A DNA stretch of 64,000 nucleotides from Macrostomum lignano (GCA_002269645.1 NIVC01000592.1:62001-126000); one strand, 5' to 3'. Shown: positions 23,852 to 37,740, counted from the first letter of the stretch. Made by a program: numbers and translations. The notes: generated by a model from the letters alone, not told the origin.

Positions 23852-26800
23852 TCAATTTCTGTCAATCAGAGGGGGCAGCTGGCCGGTCTCAGCCAGCAGG
23901 GCGACGACCAGGAAGGCCAGGTACAGCACAATCAGGATTATGCCGTAGACGCGGCCGAGCTTGAACCGCATCACGGTCAGGTACACCATGGAGACAATCA
24001 GGCTAGCCGTCACCGACACCACCAGCAGCAGCTGCACCACCGAAGCCTCGATCTGCGGGGCGATGGACAAGGAGTGGGGGAGGCTAATTTGAATTAATGA
24101 TCAGGGAGGCTCTGAGTCAATGACAAAGGCTCTGAGTCAATGACCAAAGCTCTGAGTCAACGAGGGAGGCTCTGAATCAACGAGGGAGGCTCTGAGTCAA
24201 CGAGGGAGGCTCTGAGTCAACGAGGGAGGCTCTGAGTCAACGAGGGGGCTCTGAGTCAATGACAAAGGCTCTGAGTCAATGAGAGAGGCTCTGAGTCAAC
24301 GAGGGAGGCTTTGAGTCAATGAGAGAGGCTCTGAGTCAACGAGGGAGGCTCTGAGTCAACGAGGGGGCTCTGAGTCAATGACAAAGGCTCTGAGTCAATG
24401 AGAGAGGCTCTGAGTCAACGAGGGAGGCTCTGAGTCAACGAGGGAGGCTCTGAGTCAACGAGGGGGCTCTGAGTCAACAACAAAGGCTCTGAGTCAATGA
24501 GGGAGGCTCTGGGTCAGTGGGTAAGTCGATGGCGGCAAGCTAAGGTGAGGCAGTGTGTCGGAGTCACCACTGACTCACCCGCATTTCTGTGGTGCCGTCG
24601 CTGAGCAGTTTGATGGTGAAGGGGATGCCGACGCCCAGCAGCAAGTTGAACAGCGGGCCGCCGAAGCAGGCCGAGATGGCCACGCGGGGGAAATTCTGCC
24701 GGGCCAGCACCGTGTTGGCGATCACGTCTGCGGGATGGCGGCTCCGGCTGTATGGCCCAGCTCATTGCGACTGTATGACCCAGCTCATTGCGACTGTATG
24801 ACCCAGCTCATTGCGACTGTATGACCCAGCTCATTGCGACTGTATGACCCAGCTCATTGCGACTATATGACCCAGATCATTGCGGCTGTATGACCCAGCT
24901 CATTGCAACTGTATGACCCAGCTCATTGCGACTGTATGATCCAGCTCATTGCGACTGTATGACCCAGCTCATTGCGACTGTATGATCCAGCTCATTGCGA
25001 CTGTATGACCCAGCTCATTGCGACTGTATGACCCAGCTCATTGCGACTGTATGACCCAGCTCATTGCAACTGTATGACCCAGCTCATTGCGACTGTATGA
25101 TCCAGCTCATTGCGACTGTATGACCCAGCTCATCGCGACTGTATGATCCAGCTCATTGCGACTGTATGACCCAGCTCATTGCGACTGTATGACCCAGCTC
25201 ATTGCGACTGTATGACCCAGCTCATTCCGTCTGGCTCTCCCTGATTCCATCTGACTCTTCCTGTCTATCTGACTCTCCCTGAGTCTATCTGACTCTCCCT
25301 GAGTCTATCTGACTCTCCCTGAGTCTATCTGACTCTCCCTGAGTCTATCTGACTCTCCCTGAGTCTGTCTGACTCTCCCTGAGTCTGTCTGACTCTCCCT
25401 GTGTCTATCTGACTCTCCCTGAGTCTGTCTGACTGTCTTTGATTTAATCTGACTCTCATCCGCTAGCCCGATTCATCGGAGGCCCCCTTCTCTCTCTCCC
25501 TCTCGCACCTCCGATGGAGTTCGCCCAGGCCAGCACGGTGAGCCCCAGAATGGTGCTGCTGATCCGAAAGATGGAGCCGACGCTCTCCAGGATGTTGACG
25601 ACCTCGTTGGCAAACGTGTAGATCCACACGATGGCCGTCAGGAAGCCGATGAAGGCGAACGCTGCGTGATATTTCGGCGGCTCAAAGTCGGACGAGGTGA
25701 AGTAGACCAGGATGCCCAGGGCGATGCCAACGATCAGCACGATGACCACGATGGGGAAGCCGCCACCGCCTTCGAATGGGATCATCCAGTTATAGCCTGG
25801 GGGAATTGGGGGCGGGGAAACCAGTCAGACAAGGCTGGGTTGTTGATCTCTGCTTGGGTACTGTGGGTGTCTGTGAGTTTCTGTGGGTTTCTGTGGGTTT
25901 CTGTGGGTTTCTGTGGGTGTCTGTGGGTGTCTGTGGGTGTCTGTGGGTGTCTGTGGGTTTCTGTGGGTGTCTGTGGGTTTCTGTGGATGTCTGTGGGTGT
26001 CTGTGGGTTTCTGTGGGTGTCTGGGTGTCTGTGGGTGTCTGTGGGTGTATGTTGGTGTCTGTGGGTTTCTGTGGGTATCTGGGTGTCTGTGGGTTTCTGT
26101 GGGTGTCTGTGGGTTTCTGTGGGTGTCTGTGGGTTTCTGTGGGTGTCTGTGGGTTTCTGTGGGTGTCTGTGGGTTTCTTTGAGTGTCTGTGGGTGTCTAG
26201 GTGTCTGTGGGTTTCTGTGGGTGTCTGTGGGTTTCTGTGGGTGTTTGGGTGTCTGTGGGTGTCTGGGTTGTCTGTGGGTGTCTGTGAGTGTATGTTGGTG
26301 TCTGTGGGTTTCTTTGGGTGTCTGTGAGTTTCTGTGGGTTTCTGTGGGTTTCTATGGGTGTCTGTGATTGTCTATGGGTATCTTTATGGGTGTGTATAGG
26401 TTTCTATAGGTTGTCTATGGGTGTCTATAGGTGTCTATGTGGGTGTCTATGTGGATTGTCTATGGGTGTCTGTGTGGGACTGTGGGTATCTACATGTATG
26501 GGTATCTATGTGGTTGTCCATGGATGTCTATGTGGGTGTCTATGGATATGTATAAGCAAAGCGGATATATAAATAATGTAGATTGATAGGTAGGGCTCGT
26601 ATCTACCTGTAGTTAATTATCTGTAATTAACATGTCAAATATTCTATAGTAGATCAGCTAGAATGTATCATAGAACAGAAAAGGGTCTTAATGATTATCT
26701 AGAAATAGACTCAATAAATTTCAATTCAATTGTGAGACCGTTGTTATTCAATTAACCCGTAGCTTTTGTCACTGAATGTGCACCGTGTCTCTGCTCACCT

Positions 26801-29800
26801 TTGAATGCCAGGGCGATGAAGACCGGAGCGATAGCGCAGTGCACGGAGTTCAGAATGCGGCTCCACCCGTTTAGCGGCTGGTCATAATCCACGAAGGGGG
26901 TGGACAGCAGCAGAAGGAACAGCAGTGGCGCCTGGGGAGACGTGAATCGAGACGAGTCGCGTGCTGAATTGTGATGTGAGCTTGTACGAGCGTACATTTA
27001 ACATTCCTTCTTTTCCCAGAGGCTAGAGATGTACATTCAATTCCTTCCTTCCCCAGAGGCTAGAGATGTACATTCAATTCCTTCCTTCCCCAGAGGCTAG
27101 AGATGTACATTCAATTCCTTCCTTCCCCAGAGGCTAGAGATGTACATTCAATTCCTTCCTTCCCCAGAGACTAGAGATGTACATTCAATTCCTTCCTTCC
27201 CCAGAGGCTAGAGATGTACATTCAATTCCTACCTTCCCCAGAGGCTAGAGATATACATTCAATTCCTTCCTTCCCCAGAGGCTAGAGATGTATATTAAAT
27301 TACTTTCAACTCGAATCGCCATTCGCACCTTAATAATCTCGTAGACTTTATTGTACCAGGTCATCTCAGGAAACTCCTCCAGATCCACAGGCACCAGGCT
27401 GTAGAGAAACTCTTTGATGGGGCTCTGGTTCTCGTCAACCTCATCGTCCTCTCCAGCGTCCTGCCGCTCGGCGGCGGCAGCTTCTTGTGCCGCCGCGGCG
27501 GCCTCTCTCTCCTCCCGCTCCCGCTGGCGCTCCTCCATCATGCGCTGCTCGTTGAGGCGGTTCAGCCGGTCCACGGTGTCATCGTCCAGGGCCTCGTCAA
27601 CTGACTCGATTCTGTACAGCTGGCGCTGGCGGTTCTCATCTTCTGAATGGGGAGATTGCAGCAATTCGAGTGCAGATGCTCTTGGCAACAGCTCAGCCTC
27701 AGAGTTGAGTAGAGAAGGACGAGCTTTTATTGCTAGAAGAACTTAATGATGCATCATATATTTATATAGATGCTAGACTGGGCTGCCTTTTCAGCTGCAA
27801 TACAACCAACTACAATGTATTGTACAATAGACAGAATTTTCTTAATACGTTAATTCCAGAAAAAAATAGCAGAGCATTAGGACACAGCTCATTGTGACTG
27901 TATGACCCAGCTAACCCCCTTTCAAATCTCCCCTGGCTCTCCCCCTGATTATATTTGACTCTCCCTGATTCTGCCTGACTCTCCCTGATGCCGTCTGACT
28001 TTCCCTGATTCTATTTGACTCTTTCTGATTCTGTCTGACTCTCCCTGATTCTATTTGACTCTTTCTGATTCTGTCTGACTCTCCCTGATTCTATTTGACT
28101 CTTTCTGATTCTGTCTGACTCTCCCTGATTCTGTCTGACTCTCCCTGACTCTGTCTGACTCTGTCTGACTCTGTCTGACTCTCCCTGACTCTATTTGACT
28201 TTCCCTGATTCTGTCTGACTCTCCCTGATTCTATTTGACTCTCCATGATTCTGTCTGACTCTCCCTGACTCTCCCTGACTCTGTCTGACTCTCTCTGACT
28301 CTCCCTGATTCAATCTGACTCTCCTTACTTATAGTAAGAATAGCAGATGATTACATTTATGAAGTTAGTAATAAAGCATTTTTACTTGATTCTCTACTGA
28401 AAGTAGAAGTATAGGAAAAATACCTTAAAATGCCACCAATTAAATAAAAACTAATAAGTTCTTAATTAGTCACGACTCAACAATCAGCTATCTAGAAGAT
28501 GTACTAGCAGAGATAAAAATGTCATGACATACCATCTTCTTCCTCTTGCTGTGGCTGCGGCGCAGGTGAGGATGGCGGCTGACGCGTCTGGCTAACCCTC
28601 TGCTGCTGCTTCGAGAGCTTTCTCGCTTGCTGCTCGCTTTCTTTCTTCTGGAAATAAGCTGACGCGGCTGAAAGCACCAGACGGGGCCGGCAGTTCATCT
28701 TTACTCTGCGTCAGTTTATGTCATCGATATGACCATGCAAACAGATTGCGCAATATTAAAATTTGTTGGCTTCTTTAATTTAGTTAAATATGCATATTCA
28801 ATCACTATGCTCTAATGTTATTGGCTGTATGTTAAATCTCTCCCCACGAGTCTATGGACGAGTCCCACGATTCAATCCTTTTTCTAACGACTCTCCGGAT
28901 GTAGATTCAATCCCTCTCCCTCACGAGTCTGGATGTACATCAATCCCTCCCCCTCACGAGTCTGGATGTACATTCAATCTCTCTCCCCCACGAGTCTGCA
29001 GATGTACATCCAATCCCTCTCCCTCACGAGTCTGGATGTACATTCAATCCCTCTCCCCCACGAGTCTGCAGATGTACATTCAATCCCTCTCCCTCACGAG
29101 TCTGGATGTAGATTCAATCCCTCTCCCCCACGAGTCTGCAGATGTACATTCAATCCCTCTCCCCCACGAGTCTGCAGATGTGTCTGCAGTTGCATTCGAG
29201 GCAACTCACCGTCCATTCCGAGCCCGCCGGATAGCTTGTACCCTGGCCGGATCATCGCACTGCCGCTGCTGCCGCCGCCACCGCCGCCGCTGCTAGTGCC
29301 TGGCCGGTAGGAATCAGACACCCGCCTTTCTGCGGGCTGCTGGCGCGCTGCCTGCGGCGGCGGCCGCGCGACGCTCACCGAGCGGGCCGGGGCAGGGCTC
29401 GGGGCCGCTGCCGCCGGATGGCCATCATGGGACACCTGCGAAGAGGATCGGCTGCGGTGCTCCACCTGCTCCAGGTTTCCGTACACTGGGGGGATGACGT
29501 TGGCGGTATGGGATATTTATGTTTTACGAACTTACTGAAGAACCACTTTTTGCTGTTTCAAACCCAAGAAAACCCAAGATGGAGTTGAAAATAATCAAGT
29601 TTTATAAGTATTGGACCCATAGAATCTCATACGAGCGATGAGACCAGGAACGAACCCAAGACTTATAGATACGAACTCAATACTCTCTAAAAAAATTTTG
29701 GGACTCGTACTCGCAACTTTATGAAAAATGAGATTCGAACCAAGGACCTCTAGGTAGGACTGGGATTAGATCTCAGGACCTTCATGTAGGAGAAGGATTT

Positions 29801-32800
29801 GATTTCATATTTTGGTGAGACTGAGATTCGAACCCAGCACCGCCAAATAGATCAACCTGAAGTCCCAGCCTCACCCAGCATCCAGCGCGTCAGATAGTTG
29901 GCCCGCCGCTCAACTCCCGTGAAGCTGGCGGTGGACACTTTCCGGCCCACTTGCGACCGCTTCCGGCCGCCGGACACAACACCGTCGGCCTCGCCGAAGG
30001 ACTCCTGGCCGGTACGGGACAGCTTCTGCATCTGGACGCGGGACACCCGCTTCATGCGCTCGTCCAGGCGGGACGGCTTCCTCGCCACTGAAGTCTTCGG
30101 CGAGCTGTGCACATCGAGCTCTTGGAAACGGCGAGACCTGGGCAGGGAGTGAACGGCCTCTCAGTGACCCACTAATCAGCCTGTCAGTGACCTATCAATC
30201 AGCCTGTCAGTGACCTATCAATCAGCCTGTTAGTGACCTATCAATCAGCCTGTCAGTGACCTATCAATCAGCCTCTCAGTGACCCACTAATCAGCCTGTC
30301 AGTGACCTATCAATCAGCCTGTTAGTGACCTATCAATCAGCCTGTCAGTGACCTATCAATCAGCCTCTCAGTGACCCACTAATCAGCCTGTCAGTGACCT
30401 ATCAATCAGCCTGTCAGTGACCCACCAATCAGCCTGTCAGTGACCCATTAATCAGCCTGTCAGTGACTCACAATCAGCCTGTTAGTGACCTATCAATCAG
30501 CCTGTCAGTGACCTATCAATCAGCCTGTCAGTAACCTATCAATCAGCCTGTCAGTGACCCACCAATCAGCCTGTCAGTGACCTATCAATCAGCCTGTCAG
30601 TGACGCATCAATCAGCCTGTCAGTGACCCACCAATCAGCCTGTCAGTGACCCACCAATCAGCCTGTCAGTGATCCATCAACTTGACGCGTCGACACGCAA
30701 TCGAACTCAAAACTGAACTCATCGAACTCACCGCGCCGTCTTCGACTCGTCCGGCTCGGCCCGCTGGAGGCCGCCTGGGAAATCCAGCGAGGTGTCGTAC
30801 CCGGCCGCGGCCTCGGCTTCCATCTCGGAGTTGAAGGCCGGATTGTCGTTGGCGTAGACTGCGCCGACGTCCTGCTGGATGTCGCTGCAGGAGCGCATGC
30901 GGAAAGCTTCGGAACCTCCCGCCGCCGGGTCCTGGAGGTGAATAGGTTGGTGAATGGATTGGTGAATGTATTGGTGAATGGATTGGTAAATGTATTGGTG
31001 AATGGATTGGTGAATGGATTGGTGAATGGATTGGTGAATGGATTGGTAAATGTATTGGTGAATGGATTGGTGAATGGATTGGTGAATGGATTGGTGAATG
31101 TATTGGTGAATGTATTTGTGAATGTATTGGTGAATGGATTTGTGAATGTATTGGTGAATGGATTGGTAAATGGATTGGTGAATGGATTGGTGAATGGATT
31201 TGTGAATGTATTGGTGAATGGATTGGTGAATGTATTGATGAATGGATTGGAGAATGTATTGGTGAATGTATTGGTGAATGGATTTGTGAATGTATTGGTG
31301 AATGGATTGGTGAATGTATTGGTGAATGGATTGGAGAATGTATTGGTGAATGGATTTGTGAATGGATTGGTGAATGGATTTGTGAATGTATTGGTGAATG
31401 GATTTGTGAATGTATTGGTGAATGGATTTGTGAATGTATTGGTGAATGGATTGGTAAATGGATTGGTGAATGGATTTGTGAATGTATTGGTGAATGGATT
31501 TGTGAATGGATTGGTGAATGGATTGGTGAATGCATTTGTGAATGCATTTGTGAATGGATTGGTGAATGGATTGGTGAATGCATTTGTGAATGCATTTGTG
31601 AATGGATTGGTGAATGGATTGGTGAATGCATTTGTGAATGCATTTGTGAATGGACTGGTAAGAGGTAGGTGAATAGATTGGTAAGAGGTTGGTGAATGGA
31701 TTGGTGAATTAATTGGTGAATGTATTGGTGAAAATTTTTGTGAATAGATTGATGAATGTATTGGTGAACGGATTGGTGAATAGATTGGTGAATGGATTAG
31801 TGAATGCATTGGTGAATGGATTGGAGAATGTATTGGTGAACGGATTGGAGAATGTATTGGTGAACGGATTGGAGAATGTATTGGTGAACGGATTGGAGAA
31901 TGTATTGGTGAACGGATTGGTGAATGGATTGGTAAAAGAAAACATCGAAGGATTGGGCGAAAGAACTCGCCAAAGGAATCGGTGAGGGCAACAGCAGACA
32001 AAAAGCGAATATCAGCTGCCTTCAAGCCGGTCACCTCATCCTGGGCCCCAGCGACAGCTTCGGTGCCGGCCTGGCCCTCCTTGCTGCCCGCGCCGATGCC
32101 CTGGGAATACAGCGCCCTGGACACCACAGTGAGGATCACGTAGAGCACGTACAGCACGATGAACCCGATCGAGTCCACCAGGGTGATGGTCTGCCTGAAC
32201 ATCACGATGAAGGCCCAGAAGATGGTGAACATGTAGAACACGATGTCCTTCATCAGCGGGCGGGACATCGCGGTGAACGGCTTCACGATGGCGATGGCGC
32301 CGGCTGTCACAGCGGTAACGAAGATACCGGCGCCTGGGAGAGAGGGATTTGGTTTTTGAGATTTGGGATATGGGATTAGGGATATCGATATTGGATATTG
32401 GATTGGGGATGTTGGATTGGGGTGTTGGATTTGGGATGTTAGATTTGAGATAGTTGATTCGGGATTTGAGACTTGGGATATTGGATTTGGGATATTGGAT
32501 TTGGGATATTGGGTTTGGGATATTGGATTGGGGATATTGGGGTATTGGATTGGGGAATGGGGATATTAGATTAGGGATATTGAATTTAAGATATTGGACT
32601 TAATTCAGAGTTGGGAGTTGTGAGTCGTGGCTTGAGAGTAGCGTTTTGGGATTTAAGATTTTAGATATCAGAGACTTATAACGTTTTGGATTTTGATTTT
32701 TAATTTAGGATTAAGGATTTGGGACTTCAGCTTTGAAATTCGATATTTTCTATCTGGGATTACGAGCTAATATTGGGAAAGAATGAAAACTGCGATCTGT

Positions 32801-35636
32801 GCAATTCTCTTAAGTTTGAAGAATTGGCCGATATGTATCGAAAATAGGCTTTAGTTACCCAGCAGCGCTCCGAAAGCCAAGCCGGCGTCGCCGTCCTTCA
32901 GCGTGGTGATGGAGGAGATGGCGCTGAAGATGTCCGGGGCGCCGTTGCCCAGCGCCAGGAGGGTGACGCCCGCCACATTCTGGCTCAGCCGCATGGTGTC
33001 CGCCATCACGATGAGGCACGGCCCGAAGCTGGACGCCGGTTAAGTTGGGAGCGATGGATTCTCATAGTTTCTGAGCAGAGCTTTAAGCAAAGTTTCAATA
33101 CAAAAATTCCGCACTTACAAGACGTCGGCTGTGGTGGCCAGGCCGATGAGCATCATGATGAGCCACAGGAACTGGGAGGGGGGTGCGAGCGAGTGACTGA
33201 GTTAGTGACTGAGTGAGTGACAGAGTGACTGAATTAGTGACTGAGTGAGTGACTGTGTGACTGAGTGAGTGACTGAGTGACTGAATTAATGACTGAGTGA
33301 GTGACCGAGTGACTGAATTAGTGACTGAGTGAGTAACCAAGTGACTGAATTAATGACTGAGTGAGTGACCGAGTGACTGAATTAGTGACTGAGTGAGTGA
33401 CCGAGTGACTGAAATAGTGACTGAGTGAGTAACCGAGTGACTGAATTAATGACTGAGTGAGTGACCGAGTGACTGAATTAATGACTGAGTGAGCGACCGA
33501 GTGACTGAATTAGTGACTGAGTGAGTGACTGAGTGACTGAATTAGTGACTGAGTGAGTGACCGAGTGACTGAATTAGTGACTGAGTGAGTAACCAAGTGA
33601 CTGAATTAATGACTGAGTGAGTGACCGAGTGACTGAATTAATGACTGAGTGAGTGACCGAGTGACTGAAATAGTGACTGAGTGAGTAACCGAGTGACTGA
33701 ATTAATGACTGAGTGAGTGACCGAGTGACTGAATTAGTGACTGAGTGAGTGACCGAGTGACTAAATTAATGACTGAGTGAGTGACCGAGTGACTGAATTA
33801 GTGACTGAGTGAGTTACCGAGTGACTGAAATAGTGACTGAGTGAGTAACCGAGTGACTGAATTAATGACTGAGTGAGTGACCGAGTGACTGAATTAGTGA
33901 CTGAGTGAGTGACCGAGTGACTAAATTAATGACTGAGTGAGTGACCGAGTGACTGAATTAGTGACTGAGTGAGTTACCGAGTGACTGAAATAGTGACTGA
34001 GTGAGTAACCGAGTGACTGAATTAATGACTGAGTGAGTGACCGAGTGACTGAATTAGTGACTGAGTGAGTAACCAAGTGACTGAATTAATGACTGAGTGA
34101 GTGACCGAGTGACTGAATTAGTGACTGAGTGAGTTACCGAGTGACTGAATTAATGACTGAGGGAGTGACTGAGTGACTGAATTAGTGACTAAGTGAGTGA
34201 CCGAGTGACTGAATTAATGACTGAGTGAGTGACCGAGTGACAGAATCAGTGACCGATTGACTGAATTAGTGACTAAGAGTTGAGTGAGAGGGTGACCGCG
34301 TGACTGAATGAGTGACCTGATTTTGTGACTAGATGCGAGTCATTTGTGAGTCAGTGAGTGAAAGACAACGCAACGCATCAGAGCTGCAGCTGCCCCGCAA
34401 CCCACCATCAGGGTGACGCCAAGCGGCACCACATCCTTGAAGACGCAGTACATGCCTAGAAGGTACTCGATATGGCCGTCATTAAAGATGCAGCTCTCGG
34501 TGGCGTTCACCAGCTGGCAGAGGGTGTTCGCGTCGTTGCCCCAGAGCCTGCGATCGGTGGGAATTAAATAATCATGGGCAGGTGAACGGGACCGCTTCAG
34601 TGACACCAGTGAGTGAATGAGTGAGTGAGTGAGTGAGTGAGTGAGTGGTGAATGAGTGAGTGAGTGAATGAGTGAGTGAGTGAGTGAGTGAGTGAGTGAG
34701 TGAGTGAGTGAGTGAGTGAGTGAGTGAGTTAGTGAATGAGGTAGTGAGTGAGTGAATTAGTGAGTGAGTGAGTGAATGAGTGAGTGGGTGAGTGGGTGAG
34801 TGGTGAGTGAGTGAGTGAGTGAGTTAGTGAATGAGGTAGTGAGTGAGTGAATTAGTGAGTGAGTGAGTGAATGAGTGAGTGGGTGAGTGGGTGAGTGGTG
34901 AGTGAGTGAGTGAGTGAGTGAGTGAGTGAGTGAGTGAGTGAGTGAGTGAGTGAGTGAGTGAGTGAGTGAGTGAGTGAGTGAGTGAGTTAGTGAATGAGTG
35001 AATGAGTGAGTGAGTGAGTGAGTGAGTGAGTGAGTGAGTGAGTGAGTGAGTGAGTGAGTGAATGAGTGAGTGAGTGAGTGAGTGAATTAGTGAGTGAGTG
35101 AGTGAATGAGTGAGTGAGTAAGTGGTGAGTGAGTGAGTGAGTGAGTGAGTGAGTGAGTGAGTGAGTGAGTGAGTGAGTGAGTGAGTGAGTGAGTGAATGA
35201 GTGAGTGAGTGAGTGAGTGAGTGAGTGAGTGAGTGAGTGAGTGATTGAGTGAGTGAGTGAGTGAGTGAGTGGTGAGTGAGTGAGTGAGTGAGTGATTGAG
35301 TGAGTGAGTGAGTGAGTGATTGAGTGAGTGAGTGAGTGAGTGAGTGAGTGAGTGAGTGAGTGAGTGAGTGAGTGAGTGAGTGAGTGAGTGAGTGAGTGAG
35401 TGAGTGAGTGAGTGAGTGAGTGAGTGAGTGAGTGAGTAAGTCAGCAAGTACACAATATGATGCCCCAAACAGAATCACCAATGGCAACCGCAGTGACATA
35501 CGTGTTATTGTGAATGACATCCGAGCACGCCAGCTCAGACGTGTCGAAGCCTGAAGTGACCAGCGGCCCCATTCTGAGTGCCGGCAGTCCGCTGGTTGCT
35601 CGCCGAGGCCGCAGCAAAAGAAGCAGAAATAACGGC
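23852..35636 (-). CDS. SLC8B1: NCLX/NCKX6-type (CCX family) cation/Ca2+ exchanger, at least 918 aa, start codon unresolved; exons 35502-35636, 34406-34547, 33119-33171, 32859-33028, 32035-32333, 30732-30931, 29875-30137, 29210-29485, 28533-28667, 27329-27642, 26799-26931, 25509-25796, 24579-24727, 23852-24052
   Basis: Alpha-1 repeat LSQNVAGVTLLALGNGAPDIFSAIS..GALLGAGIFVT and alpha-2 repeat ILGLTVLAWANSIGDVIANTVLARQNFPRVAISACFGGPLFNLLLGVG. Cys-containing N-terminal region C..GHIEYLLGMYC. All 13 introns are GT-AG with consistent phases. Confidence 0.9.
24105..24515. repeat. 19-bp minisatellite GAGGGAGGCTCTGAGTCAAC-like (NCLX intron)
   Basis: Tandem array. Confidence 0.95.
24750..25455. repeat. 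Composite array: 21-bp GACCCAGCTCATTGCGACTGTAT-like (24750-25228) then 20-bp CTGACTCTCCCTGAGTCTAT (25230-25455)
   Basis: Two abutting arrays. The same pair recurs at 27880-28320. Confidence 0.93.
25860..26540. repeat. 10-bp GT-rich minisatellite CTGTGGGTKT
   Basis: Tandem array decaying toward 26540. Confidence 0.93.
26990..27300. repeat. ~40-bp minisatellite GATGTACATTCAATTCCTTCCTTCCCCAGAGGCTAGA-like
   Basis: About 8 units filling the intron. Confidence 0.93.
27880..28320. repeat. One unit of the 21-bp family followed by the 20-bp CTGACTCTCCCTGATTCT family
   Basis: CAGCTCATTGTGACTGTATGACCCAGCT at ~27885, then the 20-bp array. Confidence 0.85.
28830..29185. repeat. ~39-bp minisatellite CACGAGTCTGGATGTACATTCAATCCCTCTCCC-like
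   Basis: Tandem array sharing the GATGTACATTCAAT core with the 26990 array. Confidence 0.9.
30160..30675. repeat. ~23-bp minisatellite CAGTGACCTATCAATCAGCCTGT
   Basis: Tandem array. Confidence 0.93.
30940..31935. repeat. 12-bp minisatellite TGGTGAATGKAT
   Basis: About 80 units. Confidence 0.95.
32345..32600. repeat. Degenerate GGGATATTGGATT repeat
   Basis: Low-complexity array. Confidence 0.75.
33190..34340. repeat. ~32-bp minisatellite GAGTGACTGAATTARTGACTGAGTGAGTGACC
   Basis: Tandem array. Confidence 0.95.
34610..35437. repeat. (GAGT)n microsatellite
   Basis: Direct reading. Confidence 0.97.
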
Positions 35637-36129
35637 CTAAAGAAATCGCTGCTGCTTTCAAGCCAATCTGCTCAGGCAAGTTTGACGGTTTCGCTTTAAT
35701 TCTCTCGCCGGTATAAAAGTGTTTTGACTGCAGCCACGGGGCGTTGGCTGAACCTGAGGCGTAAGAAGATTCTAACTGTGTCACTCAATCCCCGCCTTCT
35801 CTGATAACGGCTCAGCCAAGCAGTTCGAGGCAATCACAGGGGAAAGGAACACAGGCAATGATAAGCGAGTTGATAACGCACAAAAGTGAGCTGCACACGG
35901 GCAGCCAACTGCCTTCAAGAATTCGACTCTGTGCGACCGCAGGCTTCGCTTTGGTTGCTCATATCTTCAGCTCTTGAATCTTGAACTTATTAGACTTTTG
36001 AGAAATACTGCCAACCTATTTTGCTTCTGCAGGAGAGCCGGCAGAAGCCTAACATTTTTGTGTCACACCGGCTGCGGGTGATCCGTTGGATGCACCTGAC
36101 ATGCGCCTGTAAGCAGCCAGATGATCCCG

Positions 36130-37740
36130 TGAAGGATCCCAGAGGTGGGAAAAGTCCAGATGATCCCACACGGAGGATCAGAGGTGGGAACAGTCCAGAT
36201 GATCCCACACGGAGGATCAGATGTGGGAACAGTCCAGGTGATCCCACACACGGAGGATCAGAGGTGGGAACAGTCCAGGTGATCCCACACATGGAGGATC
36301 AGATGTGGGAACAGTCCAGGTGATCCCACACGGAGGATCAGATGTGGGAACAGTCCAGGTGATCCCACACATGGAGGATCAGAGGTGGGAACAGTCCAGA
36401 TGATCCCACACGGAGGATCAGATGTGGGAACAGTCCAGGTGATCCCACACACGGAGGATCAGATGTGGGAACAGTCCAGGTGATCCCACACATGGAGGAT
36501 CAGAGGTGGGAACAGTCCAGATGATCCCACACGGAGGATCAGATGTGGGAACAGTCCAGGTGATCCCACACATGGAGGATCAGAGGTGGGAACAGTCCAG
36601 ATGATCCCACACATGGAGGATCAGAGGTGGGAACAGTCCAGGTGATCCCACACATGGAGGATCAGATGTGGGAACAGTCCAGATGATCCCACACGGAGGA
36701 TCAGATGTGGGAACAGTCCAGGTGATCCCACACATGGAGGATCAGAGGTGGGAACAGTCCAGATGATCCCACACGGAGGATCAGATGTGGGAACAGTCCA
36801 GGTGATCCCACACGGAGGATCAGATGTGGGAACAGTCCAGGTGATCCCACACACGGAGGATCAGATGTGGGAACAGTCCAGGTGATCCCACACGGAGGAT
36901 CAGATGTGGGAAAAGTCCAGATGATCCCACACGGAGGATCAGATGTGGGAAAAGTCCAGATGATCCCACATGGAGGATCAGATGTGGGAACAGTCCAGGT
37001 GATCCCACACACGGAGGATCAGATGTGGGAACAGTCCAGGTGATCCCACACACGGAGGATCAGATGTGGGAACAGTCCAGGTGATCCCACACACGGAGGA
37101 TCAGATGTGGGAAAAGTCCAGATGATCCCACACGGAGGATCAGATGTGGGAACAGTCCAGGTGATCCCACACATGGAGGATCAGAGGTGGGAACAGTCCA
37201 GATGATCCCACACGGAGGATCAGATGTGGGAACAGTCCAGGTGATCCCACACATGGAGGATCAGAGGTGGGAACAGTCCAGATGATCCCACACGGAGGAT
37301 CAGATGTGGGAACAGTCCAGGTGATCCCACACATGGAGGATCAGATGTGGGAACAGTCCAGGTGATCCCACACATGGAGGATCAGAGGTGGGAACAGTCC
37401 AGGTGATCCCACACATGGAGGATCAGATGTGGGAACAGTCCAGGTGATCCCACACGGAGGATCAGATGTGGGAACAGTCCAGGTGATCCCACACATGGAG
37501 GATCAGATGTGGGAACAGTCCAGGTGATCCCACACGGAGGATCAGATGTGGGAACAGTCCAGGTGATCCCACACATGGAGGATCAGATGTGGGAACAGTC
37601 CAGGTGATCCCACACATGGAGGATCAGATGTGGGAACAGTCCAGGTGATCCCACACGGAGGATCAGATGTGGGAACAGTCCAGGTGATCCCACACATGGA
37701 GGATCAGAGGTGGGAACAGTCCAGATGATCGCACAAGGAG
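36130..37740. repeat. 39/41-bp minisatellite GGAGGATCAGATGTGGGAACAGTCCAGGTGATCCCACAC(AT)
   Basis: About 40 near-identical units with no unique spacers. Confidence 0.97.

Noticed and set aside
30658-32310. 550-aa ORF with NTFT/NPFT repeats
   Set aside because: Only 32035-32333 is an exon. The rest is a 12-bp intronic minisatellite, and the true exon at 30732-30931 is in another frame.
36130-37740. Regular ~40-bp repeat array resembling CRISPR
   Set aside because: Units are contiguous with no unique spacers, there are no cas genes, and the context is eukaryotic. It is a minisatellite.
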